A stretch of 64,000 bases of DNA, taken from assembly GCF_006345805.1 (NCBI RefSeq), contig NC_042998.1, positions 31,930,001 to 31,994,000 of the forward strand, given 5' to 3'. The notes under the pieces are model-generated. The model worked only from the letters and a program-made list of their open reading frames with translations. It was not told the DNA's origin and searched no databases. This DNA comes from Octopus sinensis (taxonomy: Eukaryota). This document shows, in pieces, positions 26,350 to 40,404 of the stretch (the first letter of the stretch is position 1; each line of letters begins with the position of its first letter). The translations under genes were made by a program, and so were the position numbers.

Positions 26350-28920
26350 AAAACTTTCGCCGACGATGTCTCAATCTTGGAGCTTGGATCGAGTTTCTGC
26401 TAAAGCACTAAAATTTCGACAAGAATAAACTAGCTCAAGAATTATTTCAGTTTGTCTGCTATAACAAGCTGAAGGAATATTTGTTTTGAAAAAACTGGTA
26501 ATGAGGAGTCAGAAAACCCTGTTCTTACTGAAAATAAAAATGATGCTGATCGAATCTGGCATAATTAGATTGAAAAGAATCCCAATTTGTATCCAGATAA
26601 AGTTCGAGATGGACGTTCACAAGCACTACTGGAATTTCTTGAATCATGTCAGGCAGGCATTAGGGAAAGCCTTAAAACAAGTGGAAAAATGTGCCGGAAT
26701 AACCTCACAAATTCACAACGACGTCTGGCTAGTAACGATTCTATTGTTATTAAAATGGCTAGTAAGGGAGGTGTTATCTTAATTATGGACAAAAGTGAGT
26801 ATATTTCGGCTTGTGAAGAGGTTTTAAATGACAAAACTTGATATGAAGAATTACCTGTCGATCCAAAACACCAATTACAGAGTGGAACTTAACAAAATAA
26901 TTCTGGAAATGGAAGAGAGCAATTTCATTAATAAGGCCGAATCCAAGATTTTACGGTCAGAAAGAACACCTGCATTTTATGGTCTCCCTAAAATACGCAA
27001 AAAGTTCGAAAGATTTACTCCCACTTTGTAGGGGATATGAATGCTGTACGACCAAAATTTTAGAATGGCTGGATGGCTTTCTACTCCCTGTCGCAAAGAA
27101 ATCAAGTTTCTATATTCGGGATACTTTTGGTTTTGTGTTGAAAATCAACAACTTTTTTAAGCCCCGAGGCCGTACCGAGAAATGTTGTTTGGTAACCATG
27201 AATGTTCTTCCTTATATCCCGATATTGACCACGATGAAGGGGTTGAAGCATGCATGGATGTCTTCGAAAAGTGGTCAAACAAAAGTATTCCATCAAATTT
27301 TCTCTGTAGATTATTGAGGTTTCTGTGACAAAGTAACACAATGAAGTTTAGACAAAGATTTTACCACCAGATGAAGGGTTGCGCCATGAGTACCCCCATG
27401 GTACTTAACTTCGGTAATGTCTTCATGACGAAATTTGAGACACAGTTACTGAAGGCATTCAAATCCCTTCATGGTCATGAACCAATACTCTGGTTACGGT
27501 TCACTGATGACGTATTTTTTGCCTGGAAAGAATCACAGGATAGCTTAATGGACTTCTTGCATTTCTGTGGCTGTTATGATAAAAACATAAAATTCACCTC
27601 TAGTTTTTCAAAAACTAGCGTTGATGTTTTCTGGAGGCAGAATAGTGACAGAGTTATTTTGCAAGCCCATGTCATCCTACAGTTATCTCCACCGCCGCTC
27701 CGATCATCTACATCATATTATTCGGTCAAATTTGAAATTCCAATTTTTTTAGGATAAAATGGATTTGTACTGACATAGGGGATTACTGGAAACATGCAAA
27801 TGCTTTTGTACAACATTATGTCAAACGTGGTTACACTGAATCACGATTAAAGGAAATAGCAAATGAAATAGCTAAGATTAGCATAGATAGTCAAGCCTTC
27901 ACGCATAATTTTAGCAAACAAAATACTATAGATGACAGAATTCCTTTAGTGATTATTTGGTACTGAAATTTCGCTGGTTCTTCAAAAATGTTGCATGAAA
28001 GTTACCAGTATGTAGCGAAAACATATCCTCGCTTCAAACAGATATTTCCTCATCCGCCTATTGTAGACCTTAGACGGAATAAGAATATAAGAGAGTTATT
28101 AACCTTTATTTGTGACTCCAAGAAAACGAACATTGGAGTATCTACAAGCTGTCCCTTGAAAAACAGCCGCAAGAGAGGTAATCCCTGTTTATGGTGCAAC
28201 AACATGAGTCAAGTGAATTCCATTAGGAATCATAACAGAAATGTTGTGATTTATACAGAAGGTGGGACGTGTAGAGATTCCCATTTGGTATACGCGGCTG
28301 AATGCACGAAACACAACTTGATTTATGTTGGTTGTACAACAGAACAATTAAACAAAAGGTTTATTGGGCAAAGATTCGACGTTGGGAACAATAACAGTAG
28401 TTTGACAGAACTTGCCGAACATTTCGTTTCAAACGGCTGCAATTTTTTAAAAAGACTTGAAAATGCATATTCTCAGAAAATATTCTGAATCTCCTACATT
28501 TTCACTTCTCAGAATGTATGAGAAGAAATATGTTTGCAGGTTTTTAATATCACGCTCTTGAGGACTGAATAAAATGACCGGAGAATATCATCAAATTTAT
28601 ACAAAACTGTTTGATTAAATATTCTTCTTTTTCCTTTTCATTTTCTTTCTTATTTCTTTCCACTTTCCTTGTTTTTATTTCTGTCTTTTTCTTCTCGCCT
28701 GCTCTAAAATTGAAATTCCATCAACGTGTGGACGCTGGTTGCTCTCGTTCATACTTTACGTTTAAATACCTATAATTTAGAATTTTTATCACTTCTTATT
28801 TTGAACTTAACAAAAACAGAATAACTGTCGAAATATCGTTCAACCAATGAAATATCTATTACAATCGAATCGCGCTCTTCGTCTTGACTGTTTTACCTTT
28901 CTAAAGAGTTACATCAATCC
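26350..28920 (+). mobile_element. Penelope-like retroelement, frameshifted (RT plus C-terminal GIY-YIG endonuclease)
   Basis: NNLT..IVIKMASKGGVILIMDKSEY (26587-26841); FYGLPKIRK (~26980); YHQMKGCAMSTPM..F.NVFM..FE and WLRFTDDVF (27341-27757); LVYAAECTKHNLIYVGCTTEQLNKRF..LAEHF (27988-28488); decayed hammerhead in the 3' UTR (28801-28843). Confidence 0.9.
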
Positions 28921-28929
28921 TTTATAAGA

Positions 28930-28980
<51 letters not shown>

Positions 28981-29029
28981 CATCATCTATAGTAGTAATA
29001 GTAGTAACAGCAGCAGCAGTAGTAGTAGC

Positions 29030-29080
<51 letters not shown>

Positions 29081-29244
29081 TTAAGGAAAGTATCATTAAT
29101 TGCAATTAATCTCACCGATTTTTGTGGAAAGACAAAATAAAATGTTCGAAATTAGAGGTGGGGAAGCATTTGCAGTCGTTGTTGTTGCTATTATTATTGT
29201 TGTTGCTGATGTTGTCGTGATGCTGTTGTTGTTGTTGATGATGC

Positions 29245-29300
<56 letters not shown>

Positions 29301-29312
29301 ATGATGGTGATG
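28930..29312. repeat. (TAT)n, (AGT)n and (GTT)/(GCT)/(GAT)n trinucleotide microsatellites
   Basis: Direct inspection. Confidence 0.9.
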
Positions 29313-30914
29313 ATTTTGAAGGAAACGCAATTAAGGCATAATTTTGTTTTGGACTAGAAGTCGTCGTCTGCCCAACCTACAAAGGCATCCTAACTGCTGT
29401 TATTCCTCTTCTCTTTCCTTCCCTCAACGGCTGTTTGTGTTAGAAAGCAAACATGCGTCGAACAGGAAATCTAGAACAGTTTAGTGTATTAGAGGGTAAG
29501 TTAGTATGCTATTAGATGATTGTGTTAGTAGAAGGTGCGTTGGTGACACAACGAGTGTGTCAGAACGATGTAAGCGTTGGTGTGTGTGTTTCCGTCTGTG
29601 GAGTTATCTGTTTAATGCTGGGTGACATTGAAATGTAATTCAAAAGCGTTCAACAATGTCATTGGTAGTCGAGTACAGATCGAACGTTTCCAAGTAAGGC
29701 ACATTTTTACGTCATTATTGACGTCATGTTCATGATATGATCATCATCATTTCTCTCTTAATTATCATTATCATGATTACCTCCCTCTTCTCATGAGCAG
29801 TAGAAGCAGCAGTAATAACAGTAAATTACTGACAACCGACACAATAACAGTAAAAACACACAAAAGCAATTATAGACAAAATTGAATCTAAACAAAGCAG
29901 CGCCACCTTTTTACGTAATCAATGTCGTCATCAATAAACATTAATTAACATGCTTTTTGTTTTAACTTACTGCTGCCCTGATCGAGCCGACAATTTTTCT
30001 TTTTCATCCAAATTACACATAAAATATTCAAACACCATTTTCTATTTGTTGCAGTATATCTAAAATTATGTTATCCACTGTGTCTTTCATTTCTTTAACG
30101 TAATTGAGGAAGATGTGGTTGCTATTTCTAGCAGATTAAGTAACCGTCTAGAAGTCCTACCATTAGCCTATTCACGAGTAAACAGTTAACGTGTTTCACA
30201 CTACCTAATACTTTTATCGCAATGTTTCGTTTTATACGGCTATTTCTTGATACCATTACTGTTTGCTACGTCATATACATCAATGAACTCTCCAATCCGC
30301 GCAGTCCAAGGATTATCCAGTGCTTCCATGAGGTTAAGTGGACTAATTGGCGGAGTGTTTAAACCATCCGATACAATATCATGAGTTATTTACTTTGATT
30401 TTCTGCTATCTGAGTTCTCTTACTACTTAGGCTCCGTTTGGCACTCGTTTTCCTGGATCACGAACTAGACTATCAATGTGGTAGGTTAGTGGAATTTTTT
30501 GAGTACCAGATAGATTATGCACGTAGTCTGTTCTCACTTTTTGCATTATGACAGCAACCCCTGTGACTACTGCGGTTACCATTCTATGTGTATCCTTAGA
30601 AAACGCTGGTGTCACCAAGCCTGAAGAATTACAGATGTAGGCAACCCCCAATTTGTTATGATATCAGAAGAATTTTGTCCGGGACGGTGACTTAGAGAAG
30701 AGCTTTCGAGGAGTAGATCCTGTCAAATGATATACGAACAATCAGTTGAAATGGTTGAGAAAGATTTCATCCTCTCTGTCTGACGCATCTCATGGAGGAT
30801 TTTACATTGTATAACGCACCACAAGAAGTGACTCCATGCTCATTGAACCTGCTAGACATAGAAACCAAGTTTTAAGTCACTGCTTAACGTCTTGTAAAGC
30901 AATGTCCCTCTCGA

Positions 30915-31740
30915 CAATGTATTACTGCGATAACCCAAGGGCTTTCAATGGTTAAGTTGCTTCTGGTTTGGCGTTTAAATAAGAAAGCGTGGATGACTAA
31001 GATACTTTATCGAATAGTGATTTAGAAACTTTCTGTTCTGTTACAGTGCCAGACAAACTATTTCCAATGAAGCACTGATTATTTTAGTAATCTTAAATGA
31101 GACTTCTTGTAATTTGAGAGTAGAATCTATCCTCCGAAATACAACTTCTTTGATCCAGCAAATGGATCAAAGTGTGATAGCAAAATTCAAGCTATATTTT
31201 CTGAGAAGAATTTTCGAAAGACATATGAAAGCAATTTACAAGGCGAGTAAATCCATAGTTAGAGACTTCTGGAAGACGTACAGCATTATAGCAGCTGTGG
31301 ATATAAGCTGAATAATGGTGACAAAAAGTGAAACCCTCAAGTTTGAATTGTGCTTCGGGAATATACTAAAGGGCCGCGTCCGTGACTTTACATGTTTTCT
31401 ACAAGTGAAAAGGCTACTTTAAATTCGGAAAGATATCGCGACATTTGCAAATGATGTAAGGTTTGCAGAAGTTAAGGAGGGGATGTGTCTGAGATGATAA
31501 TGTCCCATGTAAAACGTTTAAAAAGGGTGGAGGCAATATTGTAAGGACAAAACCAAGCTGAGAACATAGGTGATAATAAGGAAAATAAATTGACTTATAT
31601 TCATTACAATGAATATTGCTAAACGGCTGGTACTTGTAGAGAAAATCTGCAAATTTTTGTTGATAAGAAACAGTATCCTACATGTAATATAAATATTACG
31701 GAAGTTTTACAATGAGCATTGAGTTGTACAAATGGATAAT
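30915..31740 (+). mobile_element. Decayed pogo/Tigger-like DDE transposase fragment
   Basis: VWRxNKKAWMTK (~30965-31005) and NTTSLIQQMDQSVIAKFKLYFLRR..RDFWKTYSI (31114-31311) match the DDE_1 motif PNTTSLIQPMDQGVI. Confidence 0.75.
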
Positions 31741-32398
31741 GTGACAAGTTTTTCGCTCCTTTTGTAGATGTTGAGGATGATAAACTTTAATATAGAAGTC
31801 AGTGTCCCACGTCTACCAAGTAACTATCACATCCCCTCACACAATAATCAATATCATTTGTAGAAAGAACAGACCCTATTACGATCTTCATTTTCCCTCT
31901 TACCTATTTACTGCAAATATTTTTAAATACATATTGTAGTGTGCATCTTTAGAAATTCCTATTTTCAAACAAAACTCATCGTATGGTTTTTTTTTCCGGA
32001 AATATCAGTTAAAACACATTAACAATTAATAAAATGAAAATCAATGAGACAATTGATGTCTTGCCATGTCATTTCACCATAAGGCAAGTCTTTAAAATTT
32101 TCGGGAACGCATTACTACTGTAACGCGGGGAATCCTGTATGGATGCACGAGTATACGTATGTTTATATGTAAGAAATAATTAAGATTCGGTTGAATTAGG
32201 AACTTAAGTTGAGGCACCAACTCAGTCCGGTTTAGTTCGCACAGCTCGAATTTAGGTGAATAAAAAAAAAGTAACAAGGATGTCCAGGTATCAGTGCATT
32301 ACGGCTGTTTCAAACGGGTCCATTTAATCGATCAATGAAAAATTGACATCAATTTGAAATTAAACCGCTCTCATTTATCTATCTATCTATCTATCTAT

Positions 32399-32459
<61 letters not shown>

Positions 32460-32516
32460 CTACCTATCTATCTATCTATCCATCTATCTATATATCTATC
32501 TATCTAAATATATATA

Positions 32517-32565
<49 letters not shown>

Positions 32566-32659
32566 CACGTATGTATATGTATATATATACATATACATAT
32601 TCATGCTCCATTTAATCGACCAATGAAAAAATTACATCAATTCGAAATAAACCGGCCTC

Positions 32660-32709
<50 letters not shown>

Positions 32710-33787
32710 TATATATGCATATTTCTTCATATGTGCTCGTATGTACGTGCATACACGCATGTGTAATGAGAGGAAGAGATATAGAGATGATTGAATAAAT
32801 CGATAGATACAAAGATAGAAGAGCAGAGATAAAGTGGAAGAAATAAGCCAACACTTTGGCACTTTTCTCAACACGTTTTCCAGAATTACTCACTTTCTCT
32901 CATGGCTTTTTTTCTCCTCCAATGTGTCATCAGCATCCCTGCTCACAACATTCACACCATCGCCTCTGTCCCTACTATCTCATCTGTCAGTCCCTACCGA
33001 CAATCTCACACATTCCTCCCTAACATTTCCTCACTCTCCTATTGCCTGACAATTTTGTATTAGCTTCTTCCTTTCCCCGACATTTCGTCTGTCACCTCCG
33101 CTTCACTCTTCAGCTTGCCATTGCTCACGTACCTGTACTCACATTACTTCTATCGTTTCCCTCTCCAGTCTTCTTTCGAAAATGACAACTTTCCCCTTCA
33201 AGCATATTCCTTTTGCACCACCACATGCGTCACGTCCGATTAATCTATTCATCACAGTATTTCTTCTCCGTGTAGTTAAACAGCTTTATCATATTGTTAT
33301 CTGTTTCTCTTTATGGATTTTACGAGGTTCTTTTAATCCTCTGGACACTTGACGAAACTTTGCGAAATTTTCAGTTGTGTGTTTTTTATCATTTCGTTTG
33401 ACTTTCTGTCACTTCACAGAATTCATACATTTTACTCTTTTCTTCAAATTTTATTTTAATTCTTTACACCCTTGTTAACAATGCGTCATCACAGCTCTTC
33501 GTACTTTTCTTATACACTTGTCCAAACATCAACAACTTCCACATTGCTCTTTCCATTCTATGTTTTTCACCAATATCTTGGTTCCCAGCTGCACACGATC
33601 TCCCCTCTTCACATATACACTTCACTACATCCCTTATCGATCACACATTTACACTAATATCTCGCCAGCGTCATTATATTTCAGTAATCGACATTATATT
33701 TCAACACTAGCAGGCTTATCTACTCATACACACACACACACACACATGCACACACACACACACATGCACACACACACACACACAATT

Positions 33788-34021
33788 CTATTTCTTTACT
33801 ACCCACAAGGAGCTAAACACAGAGAGGACAAACAAGGACAGACAAACGGATTAAGTCGATTACATCGACCCCAGTGCGTAACTGGTACTTATTTAATCGA
33901 CCCCCAAAGGATGAAAGGCAAAGTCGACCTCGGCGGAATTTGAACTCAGAACGTAACGGCAGACGAAATACGGCTACGCATTTCGCCCGGCGTGCTAACA
34001 ATTCTGCCAGCTCGCCGCCTT
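33788..34021 (-). mobile_element. Full-length monomeric SINE (family of the 1917-3225 array)
   Basis: Head GGCGGCGAGCTGGCAGAA, B-box and core; lies in (CA)n. Confidence 0.9.
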
Positions 34022-34037
34022 AAACACACACACACTA

Positions 34038-34410
34038 GTGATGGATGGAAGCACTCCGTCAGTTACGACGATGAGGGTTCCGGTGATCCGAATCAACGGA
34101 ACAGCCTGCTCGTGAAATTAACTCCACAGACACGTGCACCCTTAACGTAGTTCTCGGGGATATTCAGCGTGAGACAGAGAGTGACAAGGCCGGCCCCTTG
34201 AAATACAGGTACAACAGAAACAGGAAGTAAGAGTGAGAGAAAGTTGTGGTGAAAGAGTACAGCAGGGATCACCACCATCCCCTGCCGGAGCCTCGTGGAG
34301 CTTTTAGGTGTTTTCGCTCAATAAACACTCACAACGCCCGGTCTGGGAATCGAAACCGCGATCCTATGACCGCGAGTCCGCTGCCCTAACCACTGGGCCA
34401 TTGCGCCTCC
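34038..34410 (-). mobile_element. tRNA-derived SINE: same head as 3495-3913, different 3' half (shared with 44042-44395)
   Basis: 14-bp TSD ACACACACACACTA (34024-34037, 34411-34424). Confidence 0.9.
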
Positions 34411-36202
34411 ACACACACACACTATTCATCCCTTAAACCCACTTTCTGACGCATACAATCTTAAGCTTGCATCCTGACTTGTCCCTTCTAGCTCCTTCTT
34501 AGAACCCCATTCTAACATAGGTTCTGAAATTTCACCCATTCGTTTCAGACCTTAAATATTTACACATAAATATATGAACACACGCACACGCACGCCCACG
34601 CACGCCCACGCACCCACATGAATACTTATTGTTTAATTTTTTTAAAAGTGCATGCTGATTATGGACTTCCGGTAACTCATGCGCAGTGATATACAGTAAC
34701 CTCCGACCCTGGCCGGAACGAAGTGATCGCGCCCGGACTACTCTTTATACGCATGCGCGTTCGCAAGTAACCTCTCATTTGAATTTCTACTTTGTAAACA
34801 TTGCGTGTTTGAACAACTCTTCCATTACAGTTTCATTCCGTTTTTGTTTGTTCATTTATTCCTCATTTATTCACCGTTGTTTTTAATATTAAATTCCTGT
34901 TCTGTTAACAACTGCTTTGCAATATTTCATCTTAAAGCTGCCTGCTTTAAATTTTATATTTTCAACTGTTGCATGCTTTGCTGGTGTCCTACTAAGAATT
35001 AATATTTCTGTCCACATAAATTCCAAACAAATACATATTTTTTTCATTAACTTTTCTAGAAATACGCTTCAGATGGCCTAGATTCAGATGATATCGGAAT
35101 AACTTGTGAAAAAGTTATTTCGTGGGAGTGGCATTTGTTTACGCGTGACGTTTATAAATATGGATATTTTTCGGTGAGATTTTCTACAAATGAATTTCAG
35201 AGTGAGTAGATTACGATTATATCGTAATTTAAAACAAAAAGGAAAACAAATAATAGGTGCAAACACATATACACTGAGACATCGCATGTGTCTACAAGAT
35301 GAAACATGAGATTTAGAAAAATCTGTGAAACGTGTCAGTATGTGTATGTACGGGCTCGCCATTTTCATTTTCACAACAAATTCCGATATAATTATAATTT
35401 ATGCACTCTGAAAGTTTCTTAAAGAAAATTTCATTTAAATATACCCCCTTTTAACGACTCATAAATTTTCTGAAACTCCATTACCCACAGTAGAATACGA
35501 TATAATCGGAATGTACACCATATGAAGCGAATTTGTGAATGATTTGATTACAAATATACATTTTTCCTTAAATTATAAAGAAACAACAACGGTGAGGTAT
35601 TGCTTTAACATAAGTAATAGTAGAATCACATTGCTAGTAAATATCTACATATCGGCTTGCTTAGTTTCATTGTCATTTTGTATGTAAGAATATTTTATAC
35701 TATAACTGCATGTTATATATAAACAAACAATACAATACATTTCTTTCATCCGGTTTGCATTAAATGGGTGACTATAATGTGAATAAGAGGTGCTCAAACT
35801 GTCACTACTCATGAACGTAGATAGGGTAATGGTGTTAACGACGACATTGTGTTTAGTTTACGAATACTAGCAATATTAAAAATGCATCACTGTGTGTATG
35901 TGTGTATATCTTTTATGGTAATTTGTTTCAGTCTTTAGACGTCACCAGTGTTGGAGCACCGCCTAGAAGGATTTTAGAGGAAAGAATCGATCTCAGTACA
36001 TTTTTCCTTACAGCCTAATACTTATTTTATCGCTAGTAATTTTTCTTGGTTCCTTGACCGTAATTGCATTTCATCAAATAAATCTTCGCGTTTACCATTA
36101 TTGAATCAAATCAAATCAATGTACAACATACTACCTCAACAGTAGAGTGCTCCGGCTAGTAATATATATATACGTATATATACACATACATACATACATA
36201 CA

Positions 36203-36269
<67 letters not shown>

Positions 36270-36592
36270 TTTCGGTGCGAATGGTTTTGTTATACGGCAC
36301 CGTATTTTACAATCCTGTAAATAATAATGATGGTACTTTATATAAGCTTAAAGCTTATGGCGATCATCGTGCAATGACAAAGGAAAATAGTCTAATAATG
36401 GGGCATATAAGCACTCAACAGAAAAAAAGACGCCTTTTCTATCCGCGTGAGACACGAACCCACTTCTCTTTGTTACCTTTACACACGGATAGGAAACCTT
36501 TCTTTTTCTATCGAGTGTTTATTAGACTATTTTCCTTAGTCATTGCACGGTGATCACCATAAGTGATCACCATGGTATTATATAAAATACCA

Positions 36593-37204
36593 TCTATAAA
36601 TCTGAAATGCGAAAGTTTGTTTGTCTGGTTTTGGCATTGGAACGGGTTAAAGGGCACTAGATCCCGTCGGATTCGCTCCGAAATTTACAGGGACATGTAA
36701 AATGAGGTGCAGATATGAGTGGGCTAGATTAGAAATCCCTATTTCAAAAGCTGTGGTTACCAGGGCAAAAAACCCACACTTTGACAAGTCTGTTTTCGTT
36801 ACTCTCATTCTCTTATCTGCCTGTCTTCCTCCAGCTCTCTCTCTCTCTTTCCTCCCTTCCCTTCAAATTCTCTCTATAACGACGTGTGACAGATCAACTA
36901 TCTTTCCTCCGCCGACTTCGCCAGCGCTCTCACTCTTTCTCTCACACACATCCCCTCTCTCTCTGTACGTCTGTTTGCATTCATAGAGAGAATTATTATC
37001 GCCACAACCACCACCACCACACAATCATGAGAACAAATATTTGTTCTCATGATTGTGTGGTGGTGATGGCGATAATTATGGGGTTAATTTATATATGTGT
37101 GTGTGTGTGTGTGTTCTATATATAAATATGTATACATAATGTATATATATTAAGTGTATATATCTGTATATATATAATTTTATACATTTGTATATATAAT
37201 GCGT

Positions 37205-37235
<31 letters not shown>

Positions 37236-37246
37236 CTGCGTATATA

Positions 37247-37278
<32 letters not shown>

Positions 37279-37316
37279 CAACACACACACACACATACAC
37301 ACACACACACACACAC

Positions 37317-37354
<38 letters not shown>

Positions 37355-38237
37355 CATTATGTGGTCGGTTGAGCTGAAAATATGCACACCTATGTTAAAT
37401 GTGCTGGCAAGTTTGCATGGCAGCTATTTTATCGCTCAAATGACTTCTAGGACAAAATTTCTCATCTTATAAAATGTGGCCCGAGTAGACCCGAATGAAA
37501 TCGGGTTATATTAACCAATATGTGAAAAGGGGTCTAACTGGGGCTGGAAGGGGATTAAAATTTACAGGAGAGGGTGTTTAGGAATTATCTGTTATAGCAA
37601 GCTAAAAAATTTTTGCCAGCCTTCAAACCGTCAATGTGTTGTCGTCCATGATGAAGAAGCTTTGAATGCTTGCCATGGTGAGTCTACTGTCGTAAGAAAG
37701 AATCTCTTCGAAACTTAGTGTTTAGGAATTTTATTTTACCTCAAGTTCAAAATTTTACGACAACCGTTAAACTGCCATTACGTTGCTGTCCGTCGTTAAG
37801 AAATGCCAGCCATGGTGAGCCTACTATCCTCAGATTCTATCCCTTCAAACTTTGGTTTCTAACATTAAAAAAATTTTTATTCAGCTCGCAAGTTCGTCTG
37901 TCCCTTTTAAATGTTAGTGTTTTGCTGTCTGCCTTGAAGCAAGCCTTTCCGTTGTCACTGCCTGATATTTATGATTGATCTTTCAAACTATTTTCTTTCT
38001 CAACTTACTCAAGATCTTTTGTTGTTTATAAATGGGAGAGAGATAGATAGAGAAAGATAGAGAGTAAGAGAAAGCGAGGGAGAGTCCGAGAGAAAGGAAG
38101 AGTAAGAGAGTGGGATAGTGAGAGAGAAAGGAGAGAGAAACAAAGAGGGAGAATGTGGTGATAAACAACAGAAAGGAAGCAACAGAATGTAACAACCACA
38201 CTCTTACCCGCGCGTAGAGCAGGTCACCGTAAGCTAG
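36593..38237 (+). mobile_element. Probable non-autonomous Helitron with internal microsatellites and ~144 bp subrepeats
   Basis: 5' A|TC at 36592/36593 followed by GTTTGTTTGTCTG; 3' imperfect hairpin ACCCGC..GCAGGT then CTAG|T at 38234-38238; GTGTTTAGGAATT subrepeats at 37574 and 37718. Confidence 0.6.
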
Positions 38238-38297
38238 TATATATATATATAAAAGCAAAAATACATGTATCACTTTTCTATCTATCTCCATATATAA

Positions 38298-38642
38298 GTA
38301 TGAAGGGTAAAAGACCCCATTTGGACATGAATGACCATGGGATTGCACCTAGAAAGTTATCCTCCGAGGAACAAGCCCGGGTAATGTTGTTTACGGAAGA
38401 CCACCAGCCACCCATGTATACTAGTCTCCCATCTTCATGCCACCGATGTTGTCCAAGAGAAATGCAAAGGGGCCGATACAGCTCGGCACCAGTGACGTCG
38501 CAATTCATTTCTACAACTGAGCGAATTGAGCAACATGAAATAAAATGCCTCACTCAAGAACGCAACACACTGACCGGTCCGGGAATCGAACTAACCTCCT
38601 CGTGATTGTGAGTCCGACGTTCTAACCACTGATCCATGCGCC
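38298..38642 (-). mobile_element. tRNA-derived SINE with CORE-like domain
   Basis: GGCGCATGGATCAGTGGTTAG A-box, GTTCGATTCCC B-box, then GTGTTGCGTTCTTGAGTGAGGCATTTTATTTCA. Confidence 0.75.
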
Positions 38643-39127
38643 AATAATATAAATGTAAAATCGGGTGGCATGAGAGTTAAATACATATTTATTATCTCCA
38701 TATGATTTCCAATGATTACAACCGTTACGTAATCTTCTCCAAATAGTATTTTCAATTGCATCATCCAAAATTATATACGTACGTCTTACATCAATACGTA
38801 TACTTAACCTTATATAACACAATTGTATACTAACATAGAGAAGTACAATTAAGTAGTCAAACTCATTTGAACATATATCTTTTGCCTCTTCATTTATCAT
38901 TATTATTTAATTCTCGTGGAATTATATACGTCTTGTATATCTTGGGGTTTCGTTTACAGAGATGAGTTAAAGTACTCCTTCATTTAATTACTCTGTGAAC
39001 TGATAGCCGATTACATATGGGAGTGTTTTCTCTTAATTCTACTTCATCTTAATCCTGATTATGTGTGTTTGCGTGCGCGAATGTGTGCTTACTGTGCATG
39101 TGTTTATATATATATATATATAATATA

Positions 39128-39223
<96 letters not shown>

Positions 39224-39487
39224 GCATATATAAAGAAGAATGGTAGCATTGCAGCATGCCCAGGATTAATGAATAACAAGCTAAGTTAATACAAGAAATT
39301 GAAGGCGGAGAGCTGGCAGAATCGGTAGCACGACGGCATTTTGGTTCGATAATATAGGTACCAGTTAGACACTGGGGTCGATGTATTCTAATTACTCGCT
39401 CCCACCCGCCACGAAGTTGTTGGTCTTGTGCTAAAATTTGAAACCGATATCAGAAATTGCTGCTCTTGAAATGTATTGGGTTTAAAA

Positions 39488-39840
39488 AGTAGCTTGCTTA
39501 CCAGCCACAGGGTTCCGGGTTCATTCCCACTGCGTGGCACCTTGAGCAAGTGTCTTCTAATATAACCTTGTGAGTGGATTTGGTAGACGGAAACTGAAAG
39601 AAACCCGTCGCATATATGTATATCTATATATGTATCCGTGCATATGTCCCCCACCCAACATCGCTTGAAAACCGATGGTGATGTGTTTACGTCCCTGTAA
39701 CTTAGCGGTTGGTCAAGAGACACCGACAGAATAAGTACTGGGCTTACAAAGAATAAGTCCTGGGGTCGATTTGCTCGACTAAAGGCGGTGCTCCAGTATG
39801 GCCGCAGTCAAATGACTGAAACAAGTAAAAGAGAAAGAGA
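39488..39840 (+). mobile_element. 5'-truncated SINE (family of 6714-7138)
   Basis: Body and 3' stem-loop tail match. Confidence 0.85.
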
Positions 39841-40074
39841 GAATATATTACAACTGCAATGTGCTTCTATTCTTCCCTACTTAAATGATGTTTGAGATAA
39901 AATTTGACGTGTTTACCGTTTATTTAGCTGTATGCAATATACATATATGTCGTCAGAACCGAGTTCTTCATATCCTTGACAATATTTGGCTATTCCAAAT
40001 AATTCTAAATGCGCATTTCATCACGTTTTAGGGAATCAAGAATATATTTCCGGAGTTTGGAAACTATCGGGATA

Positions 40075-40404
40075 AGGCGGCGAGCTTGCAGAATCGTCTG
40101 CACGCCGGGCGAAATGCTTATCGGTATTTCGTCTGCCGCTACGATATAATCGACTTAATCAGTTTGTCCGTCCTTGTTTGTCCCTTCTGTGTTTAGCCCC
40201 TTGTGGGTAGTAAAGAAATAGGTATTTCGTCTGCCGTTACGTGCTGAGTTCAAATTCCGCCAAGGTCGACTTTGCCTTTCATCCTTTCGGGGTCGATAAA
40301 TTAAGTACCAGTTGCGTACTGGGGTCGATGTAATCGACTTAATCCCTTTGTCTGTGCTTGTGTGTCCCCTATACTTTTAGCCCCTTGTGGGCAATAAAGA
40401 AATA
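40075..40404 (+). mobile_element. SINE with a partial extra unit (family of the 1917-3225 array)
   Basis: 16-bp TSD with 1 mismatch, GGAA(A/T)CTATCGGGATA (40059-40074, 40405-40420). Confidence 0.9.

Noticed and set aside
29112-29330. Poly-His/Gln/Asn ORF
   Set aside because: Explained by trinucleotide microsatellites.
29453-29495. Possible micro-exon MRRTGNLEQFSVLE with strong GTAAGT donor
   Set aside because: No recognisable protein or partner exon.
30427-30651. 74-aa minus-strand ORF next to the pogo fragment
   Set aside because: No motif; probably decayed TE sequence.
32830-33400. Possible second, very old Penelope 3' remnant with TTGACGA..GAAAT
   Set aside because: No translatable motif; hammerhead stems not recoverable.
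37620-37677. AG..GT-bounded open 58-nt exon candidate
   Set aside because: Lies in a 144-bp subrepeat inside the probable Helitron.
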